Assembly (NCBI GenBank): GCA_965223865.1 | Contig: OZ245020.1 | Coordinates: 384,001 to 448,000 of the forward strand | Direction of reading: 5' to 3' | Length of the DNA: 64,000 bases | DNA from: Nitrosarchaeum sp. | GTDB taxonomy: Archaea; Thermoproteota; Nitrososphaeria; Nitrososphaerales; Nitrosopumilaceae | Part shown: positions 28,108-37,560 of the stretch, in pieces | Position numbering within the stretch: the stretch's first letter is position 1 | Layout of the letters: every line of letters begins with the position of its first letter | Made by a program: the position numbers and the translations under genes | The notes under the pieces: generated by a model | What the model was told of the DNA's origin: nothing | The model's database searches: none | What the model saw: only the letters and a program-made list of their open reading frames with translations

Positions 28108-29847
28108 CTAATCTTCTCCTTCACCACGTCCAATATCACCAAGTCCATATTCATCAATTACTTTATTTCTGCTTGGATCTAGTTGGCTTATCTCTTCAAA
28201 TTCTCTCTTTTCATCTCCCTGATAGACAGTCCTGATAGGCCATGGGATTCTAATATCATATTTCTTAAACTCTTCATACATTATCATTCTCAAATCAGTT
28301 TTTGTTTTGAATTGAGCTCCATAATCCCTGACATAAACCCACATTGAAAAATCAAGTGATGAATCATTAAATTCATTAAATCTTACTACTGGCTGTGTAA
28401 GATCTACATGTAGTTCTTTATCACAACCACAACTTGGTTTATTTTCATTAAGATATGGACAACGTTTCTGTCTAACCAAATGCCGTCCCTTAATATCAAC
28501 AATTTCTTTCATCCCACGTTTGCCTACTTTAACTAAAATTGATGCCACTTGACGTGGATTATTCAAATATGAAACTCCAACTTTTACTAATGCTGGAACA
28601 AGTTTGTTTTCTTTGGTATAGTTTACAATTTGAGCATTGACTAGCTGCCTTGTAGGAATAACTGCAATTGATTCATGTAATGCATCTCTGATATAGGTAA
28701 CTCTAGGCGTGATTTTATGCACATATCCATTATACCCAGTTTCAAGCTGTACTCTGTCTCCCTCAATGAAGATTTTGTCTTTTCTTATCATTATATAGGC
28801 AAAATAGTTCTGCATAGTCTCTTGTAATGCCAAACCCAAACCAATTGAGAATCCACCAGTAGCTGTAGCAAGAACAATCAAATCAACTCCCCACCATGCA
28901 ACAACACCCAAAATTGTTGCAATGAAAATTCCTAGTGGAAGAATTTGTTTTGCAGATTTTGGAAGACCTTCTCTTTTCTTTTTTGCATATCCTGGAGGAC
29001 GAGAACTTGGAATTATTGGTTCATACCCATGTATTCTTTTTTCTTCTCTCCATACATCAATTGGGTATATCTCATCTGGCTTTGCACCTGGCCGTAACTT
29101 TCTTCCAGATTGATTATTTCCTGATATACAATTCTGATAATATTTCTCATATTTTTCACGTTCAGATTTTTTCCATTTCTCAAATGGCTTTTCAATTAAC
29201 TTTTCATATCCACCAATAGGATTACCTTTTGTTGTGCGGAATTGCTCCAAATATTGCATTCCTTCCTTTGTTTTGAGCATTTCTTTGAATTCATTTTCCT
29301 CAATATCTTCTGGAGTAATTTTTGGTGGAACCCATTTGTACAATTTATGAAAGAGATCACCTTTATCATCAACAAATCCTCTCTCTTCAAACCAAGCATC
29401 AAAGTCTTCTCTCTCTAAGATGGATTTTTCATGTTTAGTAAGAGCAATTGGAATGAGATGTGAAATAGTATAACCAATTACCAAAATATTAAAAGTATTG
29501 AGAATTTTTGCAAATGTTTCTTGAGCAGATAATTCTTCATCACCAATTAATGATTCTTCACCTAACAAATCACCTGTCTGTATGTGAACGTTAATGATAG
29601 TGATTAAAGCAATTGCAAAAAATGGCAGAATAGCTCTTCGTAAAAATCTTGAAAAATGTGGTCGTTTATAATAGAATTTTTGCGAACCAACCCAAAATGA
29701 AAATTTTCTATAACCAACTACTATTGCTATGATTCCTATAATCATGATAAAAAACGCCAGTTGAAGTGACTCGGATGATGCTAACAACTGTGAAACATTT
29801 TCAAATTCTCCTACAGAAATTTGCGATAAATCATCTTCAGCCACCAT
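28108..29847 (-). CDS. MscS-family mechanosensitive channel
   Basis: GGFSIGLGLALQETMQNYFA, GDRV..G.V..I..R.T, VGVSY, IRIPWP. Confidence 0.9.
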   Translation of the reverse strand: MVAEDDLSQISVGEFENVSQLLASSESLQLAFFIMIIGIIAIVVGYRKFSFWVGSQKFYYKRPHFSRFLRRAILPFFAIALITIINVHIQTGDLLGEESLIGDEELSAQETFAKILNTFNILVIGYTISHLIPIALTKHEKSILEREDFDAWFEERGFVDDKGDLFHKLYKWVPPKITPEDIEENEFKEMLKTKEGMQYLEQFRTTKGNPIGGYEKLIEKPFEKWKKSEREKYEKYYQNCISGNNQSGRKLRPGAKPDEIYPIDVWREEKRIHGYEPIIPSSRPPGYAKKKREGLPKSAKQILPLGIFIATILGVVAWWGVDLIVLATATGGFSIGLGLALQETMQNYFAYIMIRKDKIFIEGDRVQLETGYNGYVHKITPRVTYIRDALHESIAVIPTRQLVNAQIVNYTKENKLVPALVKVGVSYLNNPRQVASILVKVGKRGMKEIVDIKGRHLVRQKRCPYLNENKPSCGCDKELHVDLTQPVVRFNEFNDSSLDFSMWVYVRDYGAQFKTKTDLRMIMYEEFKKYDIRIPWPIRTVYQGDEKREFEEISQLDPSRNKVIDEYGLGDIGRGEGED

Positions 29848-30016
29848 TAATCACCATTCTAATCAAATTCATGTTCTAGAATACAAACGTTAAGACATAT
29901 TATCATAAATTATTGAAATCGTTATCAAATTTTTTGCAAAAATACAGTCAAACTAGGAAATTTCTAATAAATATCTGAATGTAACCTTTAACAAGGGTGA
30001 GCATGCTAATAATAAG

Positions 30017-31375
30017 ATGACTCATCAGCAATCAGCTTGGGATGAATCACCCTCACTAAAATCGTATACTCTAACTAATTTCCGTGATCTACCACAGATT
30101 CAAAATCTTTCAGATCAACAACAATTTGAAATGGAAGTTGTAGGAAATGTTTTACCATTTAAAGCAAATAACTATGTAGTTGAACAATTAATTGATTGGA
30201 ATAACATTCCAAACGATCCAATGTTTGTTTTGACATTCCCTCAGAGAGGAATGTTATTGCCTGAGCATTTTAACAAAATGTCAAATGCACTAAAAAATAA
30301 TCTTGAAAAAAAAGAAATCACTAATTTAGCAAATGAAATTCGTTTACAATTAAACCCTCATCCTGCTGGACAAATGGAATTAAATGTTCCAACTTTAAAA
30401 GATGGTACAAAATTATATGGCATGCAACATAAATATCACGAAACCTGTCTTTTCTTTCCAAGTCAGAGCCAGACATGTCATGCATATTGCAGTTTTTGTT
30501 TTAGATGGCCACAATTTGTAGGAATGGATGAAATGAAATTTGCAATGCAGGAAGGGGAACAATTAGTTCAATACGTTTCTGAACATCCTGAAATATCTGA
30601 TATTCTTTTTACAGGAGGTGATCCAATGATAATGAAAGCAAAAATATTTTCAAAATATATTGACAGTTTAATTGAAGCAAAACTTCCAAATCTTAAAACA
30701 ATTAGAATTGGAACAAAAGCTCTTTCATATTGGCCTTACAAATTTGTGACAGATCCTGATTCTCAAGAAATGCTACAAGTTTTTCAAAAGATTTCTGAAA
30801 ATGGCATACATCTAGCTTTTATGGCTCACTTTAATCATTTAACTGAATTATCTACAGATATTGTAAAAAGAGCAATCAAAGAAGTAAGAGCAACAGGTGC
30901 TCAGATAAGAACTCAATCTCCTCTTCTAGCTCATATCAATGATGACTCCAAAATGTGGGCAAAAATGTGGACTAAACAGGTTCAACTTGGCTGTATTCCA
31001 TATTACATGTTTGTTGTACGTGATACTGGTGCTCAGCACTACTTTGGTGTCCCTCTAGTTAGAGCACATAATATCTTCAGAGAAGCTTACTCTTCTGTAA
31101 GTGGTCTGGCAAGAACTGTTAGAGGGCCAAGTATGTCTGCAACTCCCGGTAAGGTTCACGTACTTGGCGTTACTACCATAAATGATCAAAAATTCATTGT
31201 TTTGAGTTTCTTGCAGGGAAGAAATCCTGACTGGGTACAAAGACCATTTTTTGCAAAATACGATGAGAATGCAATTTGGTTAGATGACCTAAAACCAGCC
31301 TTTACTGAACAATTTTTCTTTGAGGAAGAAATGAAAATGTTGAAAAATAAAATTTCAACCAATCCTGAAGCCTAA
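30017..31375 (+). CDS. KamA-family radical SAM PLP-dependent 2,3-aminomutase (substrate unknown)
   Basis: QHKY, TCHAYCSFCFR, LFTGGDP, IRIGT, HFNH, QSPLL..IND, PYYMF, ATPGK. Confidence 0.9.
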   Translation: MTHQQSAWDESPSLKSYTLTNFRDLPQIQNLSDQQQFEMEVVGNVLPFKANNYVVEQLIDWNNIPNDPMFVLTFPQRGMLLPEHFNKMSNALKNNLEKKEITNLANEIRLQLNPHPAGQMELNVPTLKDGTKLYGMQHKYHETCLFFPSQSQTCHAYCSFCFRWPQFVGMDEMKFAMQEGEQLVQYVSEHPEISDILFTGGDPMIMKAKIFSKYIDSLIEAKLPNLKTIRIGTKALSYWPYKFVTDPDSQEMLQVFQKISENGIHLAFMAHFNHLTELSTDIVKRAIKEVRATGAQIRTQSPLLAHINDDSKMWAKMWTKQVQLGCIPYYMFVVRDTGAQHYFGVPLVRAHNIFREAYSSVSGLARTVRGPSMSATPGKVHVLGVTTINDQKFIVLSFLQGRNPDWVQRPFFAKYDENAIWLDDLKPAFTEQFFFEEEMKMLKNKISTNPEA

Positions 31376-31442
31376 AAATTTAACCTGACTATATACCAAA
31401 TCTGACTTACTAACATTAGTAAAATGATATTATAGCTAATCA

Positions 31443-32888
31443 ATGGATACAGATACTGTATTAGCAAAAATCCAAGAAGAAAATATTACATTTGTAAATC
31501 TATGGTTTGTAGACATTTTTGGTGAATTACATCGCCTTGGTATGCCAAGTTATGCTATTGATAAAAATAGTTTTGAGCATGGCTTAGAAAAATTAGATGC
31601 AAGTTCTATTGTTGGTTTTAAATCTGTAAATAATTCAGATATGATTTTAAAACCAGATCCTAAATCATTTAGGATTTTACCAAATGATTATGATCAAGGA
31701 AATAGAAAAAATGCAATTTTGTTTTGTGATTTGTATGAAGGAAATACAGTAAATGAAGTTAGATACAATCGTGACTCAAGAGGAATAGCACACAAAGCTT
31801 CAAAAAAACTTGGGGAATTTGGTTTAACTCATACCAATTGGGGACCTGAAATAGAATTTTTTGTTTTTGATACTATCAATGTTTACCCATCACCATATGC
31901 CGCTACTCATTCTTACGGAGGTTCTGGTTATTCGATTGAATCAAAAGAATCACCATGGGCAAAAGGTAATGTAAGTACTGCAATTGATATCAAAGAAGGA
32001 TACTATCCATCCCAACCAAAAGACACACTTGAAACCTTCAGAAAGGATATCTGTGATGATCTTTATAATCATTTTGGAATTAAAATCGAAGCTGAACATC
32101 ACGAGGTAGCAACGTCTGGTCAATGTGAAATTAATTTAGTATATGATGAGATGATTGCAATGGCAGATAGTGTTGTTGCAGTAAAAAACATCGTCAAAGT
32201 TAAAGCAAAACGAAAAAATAAAGTTGCAACCTTTATGCCAAAGCCCATCTTTGGCGATAATGCATCAGCAATGCATACTCATCAAAGTTTGTGGAATGAT
32301 AAAATCAATGTAATGTTTGATCCTAATGATGAAGTTGCACAAATGAGCCAGATAGGTCGTTATTATGTTGGCGGAATTTTAGAGCATGCATCAGCATTAT
32401 GTGCAATTACAAATCCTACAACTAATTCCTACAAACGTCTAGTTCCTGGATTTGAAGCTCCTGTTAATGTTTGTTGGGGAATGGGTAATCGTTCCGCTGC
32501 TATTCGTGTGCCAATGTATTATAGAAACCAAGAAAAAAGTAAAAGAATTGAATATCGTGTTCCTGATCCGACTGCAAACATCTATCTTCTAGAAGCAGCA
32601 TTATTGTTAGCTGGTTTGGATGGAATTAAAAACAAAATTGATCCAGGGGATCCAGTTGAAGAAAATGTCTACAAATTAAGTGCTGAAAAGAAAAGAGAAT
32701 ATCATATTGGTTCTCTTCCTGTTTCGCTAAAGGGAGCCTTAGATGCATTAAAAAGTGATTGTAGTTTTCTAGAAGAAATTTTTACAAAAGATTTTCTTGA
32801 AAAGTATACTGAATTAAAATACAAAGAATACACTGCATTTGCACAAACTCCAACAGCATGGGAAGTTTCCATGTATGCTGATGCATAA
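31443..32888 (+). CDS. Glutamine synthetase type I paralog (second copy)
   Basis: LDASSI, GPEIEFF, HHEVATSGQCEI, MPKP.FGDNASAMH, KRLVPGFEAP, NRSA, RIEYRVPD. Confidence 0.92.
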   Translation: MDTDTVLAKIQEENITFVNLWFVDIFGELHRLGMPSYAIDKNSFEHGLEKLDASSIVGFKSVNNSDMILKPDPKSFRILPNDYDQGNRKNAILFCDLYEGNTVNEVRYNRDSRGIAHKASKKLGEFGLTHTNWGPEIEFFVFDTINVYPSPYAATHSYGGSGYSIESKESPWAKGNVSTAIDIKEGYYPSQPKDTLETFRKDICDDLYNHFGIKIEAEHHEVATSGQCEINLVYDEMIAMADSVVAVKNIVKVKAKRKNKVATFMPKPIFGDNASAMHTHQSLWNDKINVMFDPNDEVAQMSQIGRYYVGGILEHASALCAITNPTTNSYKRLVPGFEAPVNVCWGMGNRSAAIRVPMYYRNQEKSKRIEYRVPDPTANIYLLEAALLLAGLDGIKNKIDPGDPVEENVYKLSAEKKREYHIGSLPVSLKGALDALKSDCSFLEEIFTKDFLEKYTELKYKEYTAFAQTPTAWEVSMYADA

Positions 32889-32989
32889 ATAATTTTTTTA
32901 TTGGTACAAACCTCAAACAACTGAAAAATCTATTTTTTTAATGATAAAATAGTATAACCTTTTTAAAATCAAGTTTTGATTTTTCTTTA

Positions 32990-33655
32990 TTGAAATTAAA
33001 AAACATTCTATTGTTATTATTGCTTATTCCAGGATTGATGGGAACCGTCTATGCACATACAGTTGATTCTGTAGGAAGCGACAAATATCGAATTGAAATT
33101 GGATGGATGAACGAACCTGTTGTAAGTGGAGAAACTAATGGAATAGAATTGTATATCAGTCCATTAATTCCATGTCCAGATATTCCAGAGGCAATGAAAT
33201 GTGCTGAATCACAAAAATTTCAAAATGGGGTACCGGGACTAGAAAAATCTTTGAAAATACAACTTGTATATAAAAATGAAAAAATCATGTTACCTCTAGT
33301 TGCTGATCACGATATCCCTGGAAAATATTATGCATTTGTAGATCCTACAGTTTCCGGTTACTATCAAGCAAATGTATTAGGTAACATATCTGAAGAAAAT
33401 GTAAGTTTGTCTATGCATCCACCAAAAGTTGGAGAACGCTCCTATATTGAATTTCCAGAACCATCAGATATTACATTAAATCAGTTAATTGATGGACATA
33501 CAACTCTACTAGGTGAAATTAATGATCTAAAAGTATCAGTCTCTAAATTAGAAAAAGAAAATCAGCAAATCAATGTTGGCTATACCGGAATGGGACTAGG
33601 GATAATTGGAATTGCAATTGCAATATTTGCTTTAAGTAAAACAAAGAAACACTAG
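32990..33655 (+). CDS. Secreted protein with C-terminal TM anchor
   Basis: Signal peptide ending VYA then His; GWMNEP motif; C-terminal TM and basic tail. Confidence 0.75.
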   Translation: MKLKNILLLLLLIPGLMGTVYAHTVDSVGSDKYRIEIGWMNEPVVSGETNGIELYISPLIPCPDIPEAMKCAESQKFQNGVPGLEKSLKIQLVYKNEKIMLPLVADHDIPGKYYAFVDPTVSGYYQANVLGNISEENVSLSMHPPKVGERSYIEFPEPSDITLNQLIDGHTTLLGEINDLKVSVSKLEKENQQINVGYTGMGLGIIGIAIAIFALSKTKKH

Positions 33656-33656
33656 T

Positions 33657-34940
33657 TCACTTTAATTTTTTCTTGTTGTATATAACATAAAAAACCACAC
33701 CAGCTGCAATAATTCCTAAACCTGACAAAATAATCTCTATCTCAAATTGTGTTGCCATGTAAATTGTTGCTCCTAATCCAAAAAGTGGTAGAATTGGAAA
33801 TTTTCCAACATTAAATGGAACTCTAAAGGGCCTTTCCAAATCTGGCTTTACATATCTTAAAAGAATAACTGCCAAATTTATCATTGCAAATGTTACTACT
33901 ACTGCAAAAACTACAATATTTGCAACAATTACAATATCTCCAACAAAAACAAATCCTGAGGATGTTACAAAAATTAGAATTACTGCAATCCATGGAGTTT
34001 TGGTTTTAGAGTGAACCAACCCAAGTTTTGAAGGAAGTGAACCATCTTTTGCCATCCCATAAAATATTCGAGCTCCTGCCACCAAAGTAATCAAAATTGT
34101 ACTTGCTGTTGCAAAAAGAGCAATTATAGAGAGGACAAAATGACCTTGCTCTCCTAATCTTTGTTGGGCAACAAAGGCTAACGGAGCAGATGAATCTGCT
34201 AGTGGTTCCCATCCTACAACTCTAATTGATGCCAAAGATACTAGAATATAGATTACTGCAGTTATCAGTACTGAGAGCATAATTCCTCTAGGAATAGTTT
34301 TTTGCGGTCTTTTGACCTCTTCTGCAACATTTGCCATATCCTCAAATCCAATAAATGCAAAAAATACCAAAACAAATGCTACTATAATTCCACTAACACC
34401 TAATGGACTTTCAAAATAATCTATTTCGGTTTCTACAGGAAATGAAAATCCAACATATATAATCAAGGCCAATCCTGAAATAGTAACAATTGCAAAAATT
34501 GTATTCAGAGATGCAGATTCTCTTATTCCCAAAAAATTGATCAGAGATAATACTCCTAGAATAATTAATGCAGAAACTAAAATTGGTATGTTAGTTAATT
34601 CTTCCATATATCCTGCAAATCCTAATGCAACAGTTGCTGCAACAATTATTGAAGTAATTATTGTAAGCCATCCAACAATAAATCCGATAAAATTACTTCG
34701 AAATCCTTCTTTTACAAAAACATATTCTGCAGCTGCCTTTGGAAAAAGTGCTGCTAATTCAGAATAGCTGAGTCCTGCAAAAGATGCGACTACTGCACCG
34801 AGAATAAATGATAACCAAAGCGCATTACCTGCAAATCCTGCCGCTTCACCAATCAAAACATAGATTCCTGCACCAAGTATTAGACCAACTCCATACATTG
34901 TTAAATTGAATAATCCGATGTGACGACTAAGCTTAGTCAT
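33657..34940 (-). CDS. APC-family amino acid permease
   Basis: LILGAGIY, YSELAALFP, FAFIGFE, EEVKRP, ~12 TM. Confidence 0.92.
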   Translation of the reverse strand: MTKLSRHIGLFNLTMYGVGLILGAGIYVLIGEAAGFAGNALWLSFILGAVVASFAGLSYSELAALFPKAAAEYVFVKEGFRSNFIGFIVGWLTIITSIIVAATVALGFAGYMEELTNIPILVSALIILGVLSLINFLGIRESASLNTIFAIVTISGLALIIYVGFSFPVETEIDYFESPLGVSGIIVAFVLVFFAFIGFEDMANVAEEVKRPQKTIPRGIMLSVLITAVIYILVSLASIRVVGWEPLADSSAPLAFVAQQRLGEQGHFVLSIIALFATASTILITLVAGARIFYGMAKDGSLPSKLGLVHSKTKTPWIAVILIFVTSSGFVFVGDIVIVANIVVFAVVVTFAMINLAVILLRYVKPDLERPFRVPFNVGKFPILPLFGLGATIYMATQFEIEIILSGLGIIAAGVVFYVIYNKKKLK

Positions 34941-34942
34941 AA

Positions 34943-35362
34943 TTATTCACCAATTATTTGTAATATAATATCTCGATCTCTACTCTTTGTATCTAATTCA
35001 ACAAAAACGATCTGTTGCCATGTACCAAGATATAGTATACTATCATTAAATGGAACTGTAAGTGAAGAGCCTACCAATGACGCCTTAACATGAGAATGGC
35101 CATTTCCATCATGCCATAACTCCTCATGACCATATTTGATATCTTTTGGTGCTAATCTAGCGAGCATATCTGGAAAATCTTTTGTTAATCCAGGTTCGTA
35201 TTCTATTGTAATAATTGCGCCTGTAGACCCCTTTACAAAAACTGTGACAATACCATCTGAAATATCTGACTCTGAGATAACCTCAGAAATTTTTTTGGTA
35301 AGATCTATCATATCATTTTCTCTCTTTGACTTAATATTGATAATTCTAGTCTTAACTGTCAT
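34943..35362 (-). CDS. YjbQ/UPF0047 family protein
   Basis: HDGNGHSHVKASL, LGTWQQI..ELD. Confidence 0.92.
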   Translation of the reverse strand: MTVKTRIINIKSKRENDMIDLTKKISEVISESDISDGIVTVFVKGSTGAIITIEYEPGLTKDFPDMLARLAPKDIKYGHEELWHDGNGHSHVKASLVGSSLTVPFNDSILYLGTWQQIVFVELDTKSRDRDIILQIIGE

Positions 35363-35459
35363 AGCTTAGATATGAATAATTTTGATTTAACATAAATCTA
35401 GATTATCAATATTTAAAACAAAATTTGGTACCAAAATTGATAATATTCATTTTGTATAA

Positions 35460-35711
35460 ATGGCCAATAGCCATATTCAAATTATGGTTTTTCAACTTGC
35501 AGTTGTCATTATTATTCCGATCATTTTTGGTATAGCCACAGTATCACCATTTGATCCTCCTCCTGAAATAGTAGAAAAACCAACAGAAATCGATGAAGAA
35601 CCACAATTCGGAATGCTTTACTTTCTCTTGATGATAATCTGGTTCTTTTTCCTGTTCAGAATTTTATTTCAGGTCAAAAAAGGTACTTTCAATCTACAAC
35701 GAAAATACTGA
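35460..35711 (+). CDS. Small two-TM membrane protein
   Basis: Two hydrophobic helices. Confidence 0.6.
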   Translation: MANSHIQIMVFQLAVVIIIPIIFGIATVSPFDPPPEIVEKPTEIDEEPQFGMLYFLLMIIWFFFLFRILFQVKKGTFNLQRKY

Positions 35712-35713
35712 AT

Positions 35714-36565
35714 CTAGTACATTTCTTTGTATTTTGCCCTCAATTCTTCATGAGGACCAACAACGGAAAAGGCATTAACAACATCTGTTTTGCTCACTAT
35801 CCCAATCAGATTTTTCTTAGAATCTATTACGGGAATTCCACTTATCTTATTTTTTATCATCAAGCTTGCCGCATTTGCCAAATCATCTTCTTCACTTATT
35901 GTAATTAATTTATCACTTAGCAAATCATTGACTGTAATCTTTTCTTTATCAATTGGAAGTAAATAATCTCTGGAGCGTGTCTTACCCTTTGTAAAATAAT
36001 CACTATGAGTAAGAAGTGTATTTGTGGTGATAAGGCCTACGGGACAACCATTTTCGTCAGTAACTACAAGTCTTGAAACCTCATTTTTATTCATCAAACT
36101 TAATGCAAATTTTATAGAATCTGCTTTTCTACACGTAACTACTTTCTTACTCATAAAATCCTTTACAAGATATTTTCCACCAAAAACACTAGCATAAGCT
36201 TTGACTAAATCCGTTCGTGAAACAATTCCTATTGTTTCCCCATTATCGTCAACAAGAATTACTGAACCAATTTTAAAAGTCTCCATTCTTGCCGAACATT
36301 GATCAAAATGGTCTTCAAGACCGTCGGGAATGGTAATAATATTTTTCTGCATAACATGTTTTATGGGAATTTCATCAACTGCTCTTGCAGTTTTATCTTC
36401 TCCAAGAAAACGGTTTATGTCTCTTTCAGTAACAATCCCTACTGGTTTATTCTTGACTGCAACTACAATACGTTTTACAAAATTTTTTTGCATTTGTGAT
36501 AATGTTTCAAAAATCGATGATTCTGGTTGAACGGTAATAACTGGCGATGAATAACTTTTTTCCAT
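35714..36565 (-). CDS. Four-CBS-domain protein
   Basis: GIVTERD, GIVSRTD, GLITT, GIVSKTD. Confidence 0.92.
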   Translation of the reverse strand: MEKSYSSPVITVQPESSIFETLSQMQKNFVKRIVVAVKNKPVGIVTERDINRFLGEDKTARAVDEIPIKHVMQKNIITIPDGLEDHFDQCSARMETFKIGSVILVDDNGETIGIVSRTDLVKAYASVFGGKYLVKDFMSKKVVTCRKADSIKFALSLMNKNEVSRLVVTDENGCPVGLITTNTLLTHSDYFTKGKTRSRDYLLPIDKEKITVNDLLSDKLITISEEDDLANAASLMIKNKISGIPVIDSKKNLIGIVSKTDVVNAFSVVGPHEELRAKYKEMY

Positions 36566-36647
36566 ATTTTTTCACACTACTTTTTTGATTTAAAATGAAA
36601 CTTTGATTCTCAAATATGATTATTATAAAATGAAAGAAGGCTAATAC

Positions 36648-36980
36648 TTAGGAAGTATTAGGCACAATTTCAATTTCAATATTGCTTCCATTGAATGTTG
36701 TAGCGATGGCCTTTATCTTACTCTTATAGAGAAAGTACTTTTTACCATCATCACTGATGGAACCAGAGATTCCTAAAAGTTTGTTATCATGTAGAGTCTG
36801 GAGTCTTCTATAAACAGTGCTAATTGGAATTTTAGTTTCAGCACTTATCTCCATAGCAGATTTTGGTTTCTCCATGGTATTTTCTATAATAGCCCGACAA
36901 TACTTATCAGACATCACTTCGAGTATTGCATCTTTTCTCGAGTCATCTTCTACTTTTCTTCCTGAAATTAATGCTTGCAT
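36648..36980 (-). CDS. ArsR-like winged-helix regulator
   Basis: PKSAMEISAETKIPISTVYRRLQTL. Confidence 0.85.
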   Translation of the reverse strand: MQALISGRKVEDDSRKDAILEVMSDKYCRAIIENTMEKPKSAMEISAETKIPISTVYRRLQTLHDNKLLGISGSISDDGKKYFLYKSKIKAIATTFNGSNIEIEIVPNTS

Positions 36981-37109
36981 GTTTTTTTTACGTCATTTTT
37001 TGATATAATCACTAAGAACACATTGCAATGCACTGCACTAGACTTAGGCGTGAAAAGTAACAGAAAATCTTCTAAGAGATTTAAATTGGACAATATTGTA
37101 GTTTTTAGC

Positions 37110-37544
37110 ATGATGTTCTCAAATATCTTAGTTCCATTTGATCTATCAAGTCATTCTATACGAGCATTCAAGACAGCCCTAGATATTGCAAAGAAGTACA
37201 ACTCTAAAATTACTATTCTGACTTGTCTTGAAGGAGACGCATGGCATCACAAGTTTTATGATTCTAGGGCCGATAATGAGTTGATAAAAAAGCAAAAAAA
37301 GGTTTCAGTGTCTCATATTGCCAAACTAGAAAATCTAGCAAACAAAGCAGATGTGTCCATAAAGTCACAAATTTTGAAATCAACTTCAGTTGTCAAAGAT
37401 ATTGTAACTTTTGCAAAATCACGAAAAATGGATCTTATAGTTATGGGTTCACATGGAAGAACTGGTGTAGATAAACTAATTCTTGGTAGTGTTGCAAATG
37501 GTGTTACCCAAAAAGCTAGTTGCCCTGTTCTTATAATAAAATAG
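37110..37544 (+). CDS. Universal stress protein
   Basis: NILVPFD, DLIVMGSHG, LGSVA, CPVLIIK; start reassigned from 36975 to ATG 37110. Confidence 0.92.
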   Translation: MMFSNILVPFDLSSHSIRAFKTALDIAKKYNSKITILTCLEGDAWHHKFYDSRADNELIKKQKKVSVSHIAKLENLANKADVSIKSQILKSTSVVKDIVTFAKSRKMDLIVMGSHGRTGVDKLILGSVANGVTQKASCPVLIIK

Positions 37545-37560
37545 ATGAGATGAGATTCAA

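Noticed and set aside
30017-31375. Calling the gene ablA, epmB or kamA outright
   Set aside because: Partner genes are absent and substrate cannot be read from motifs by eye
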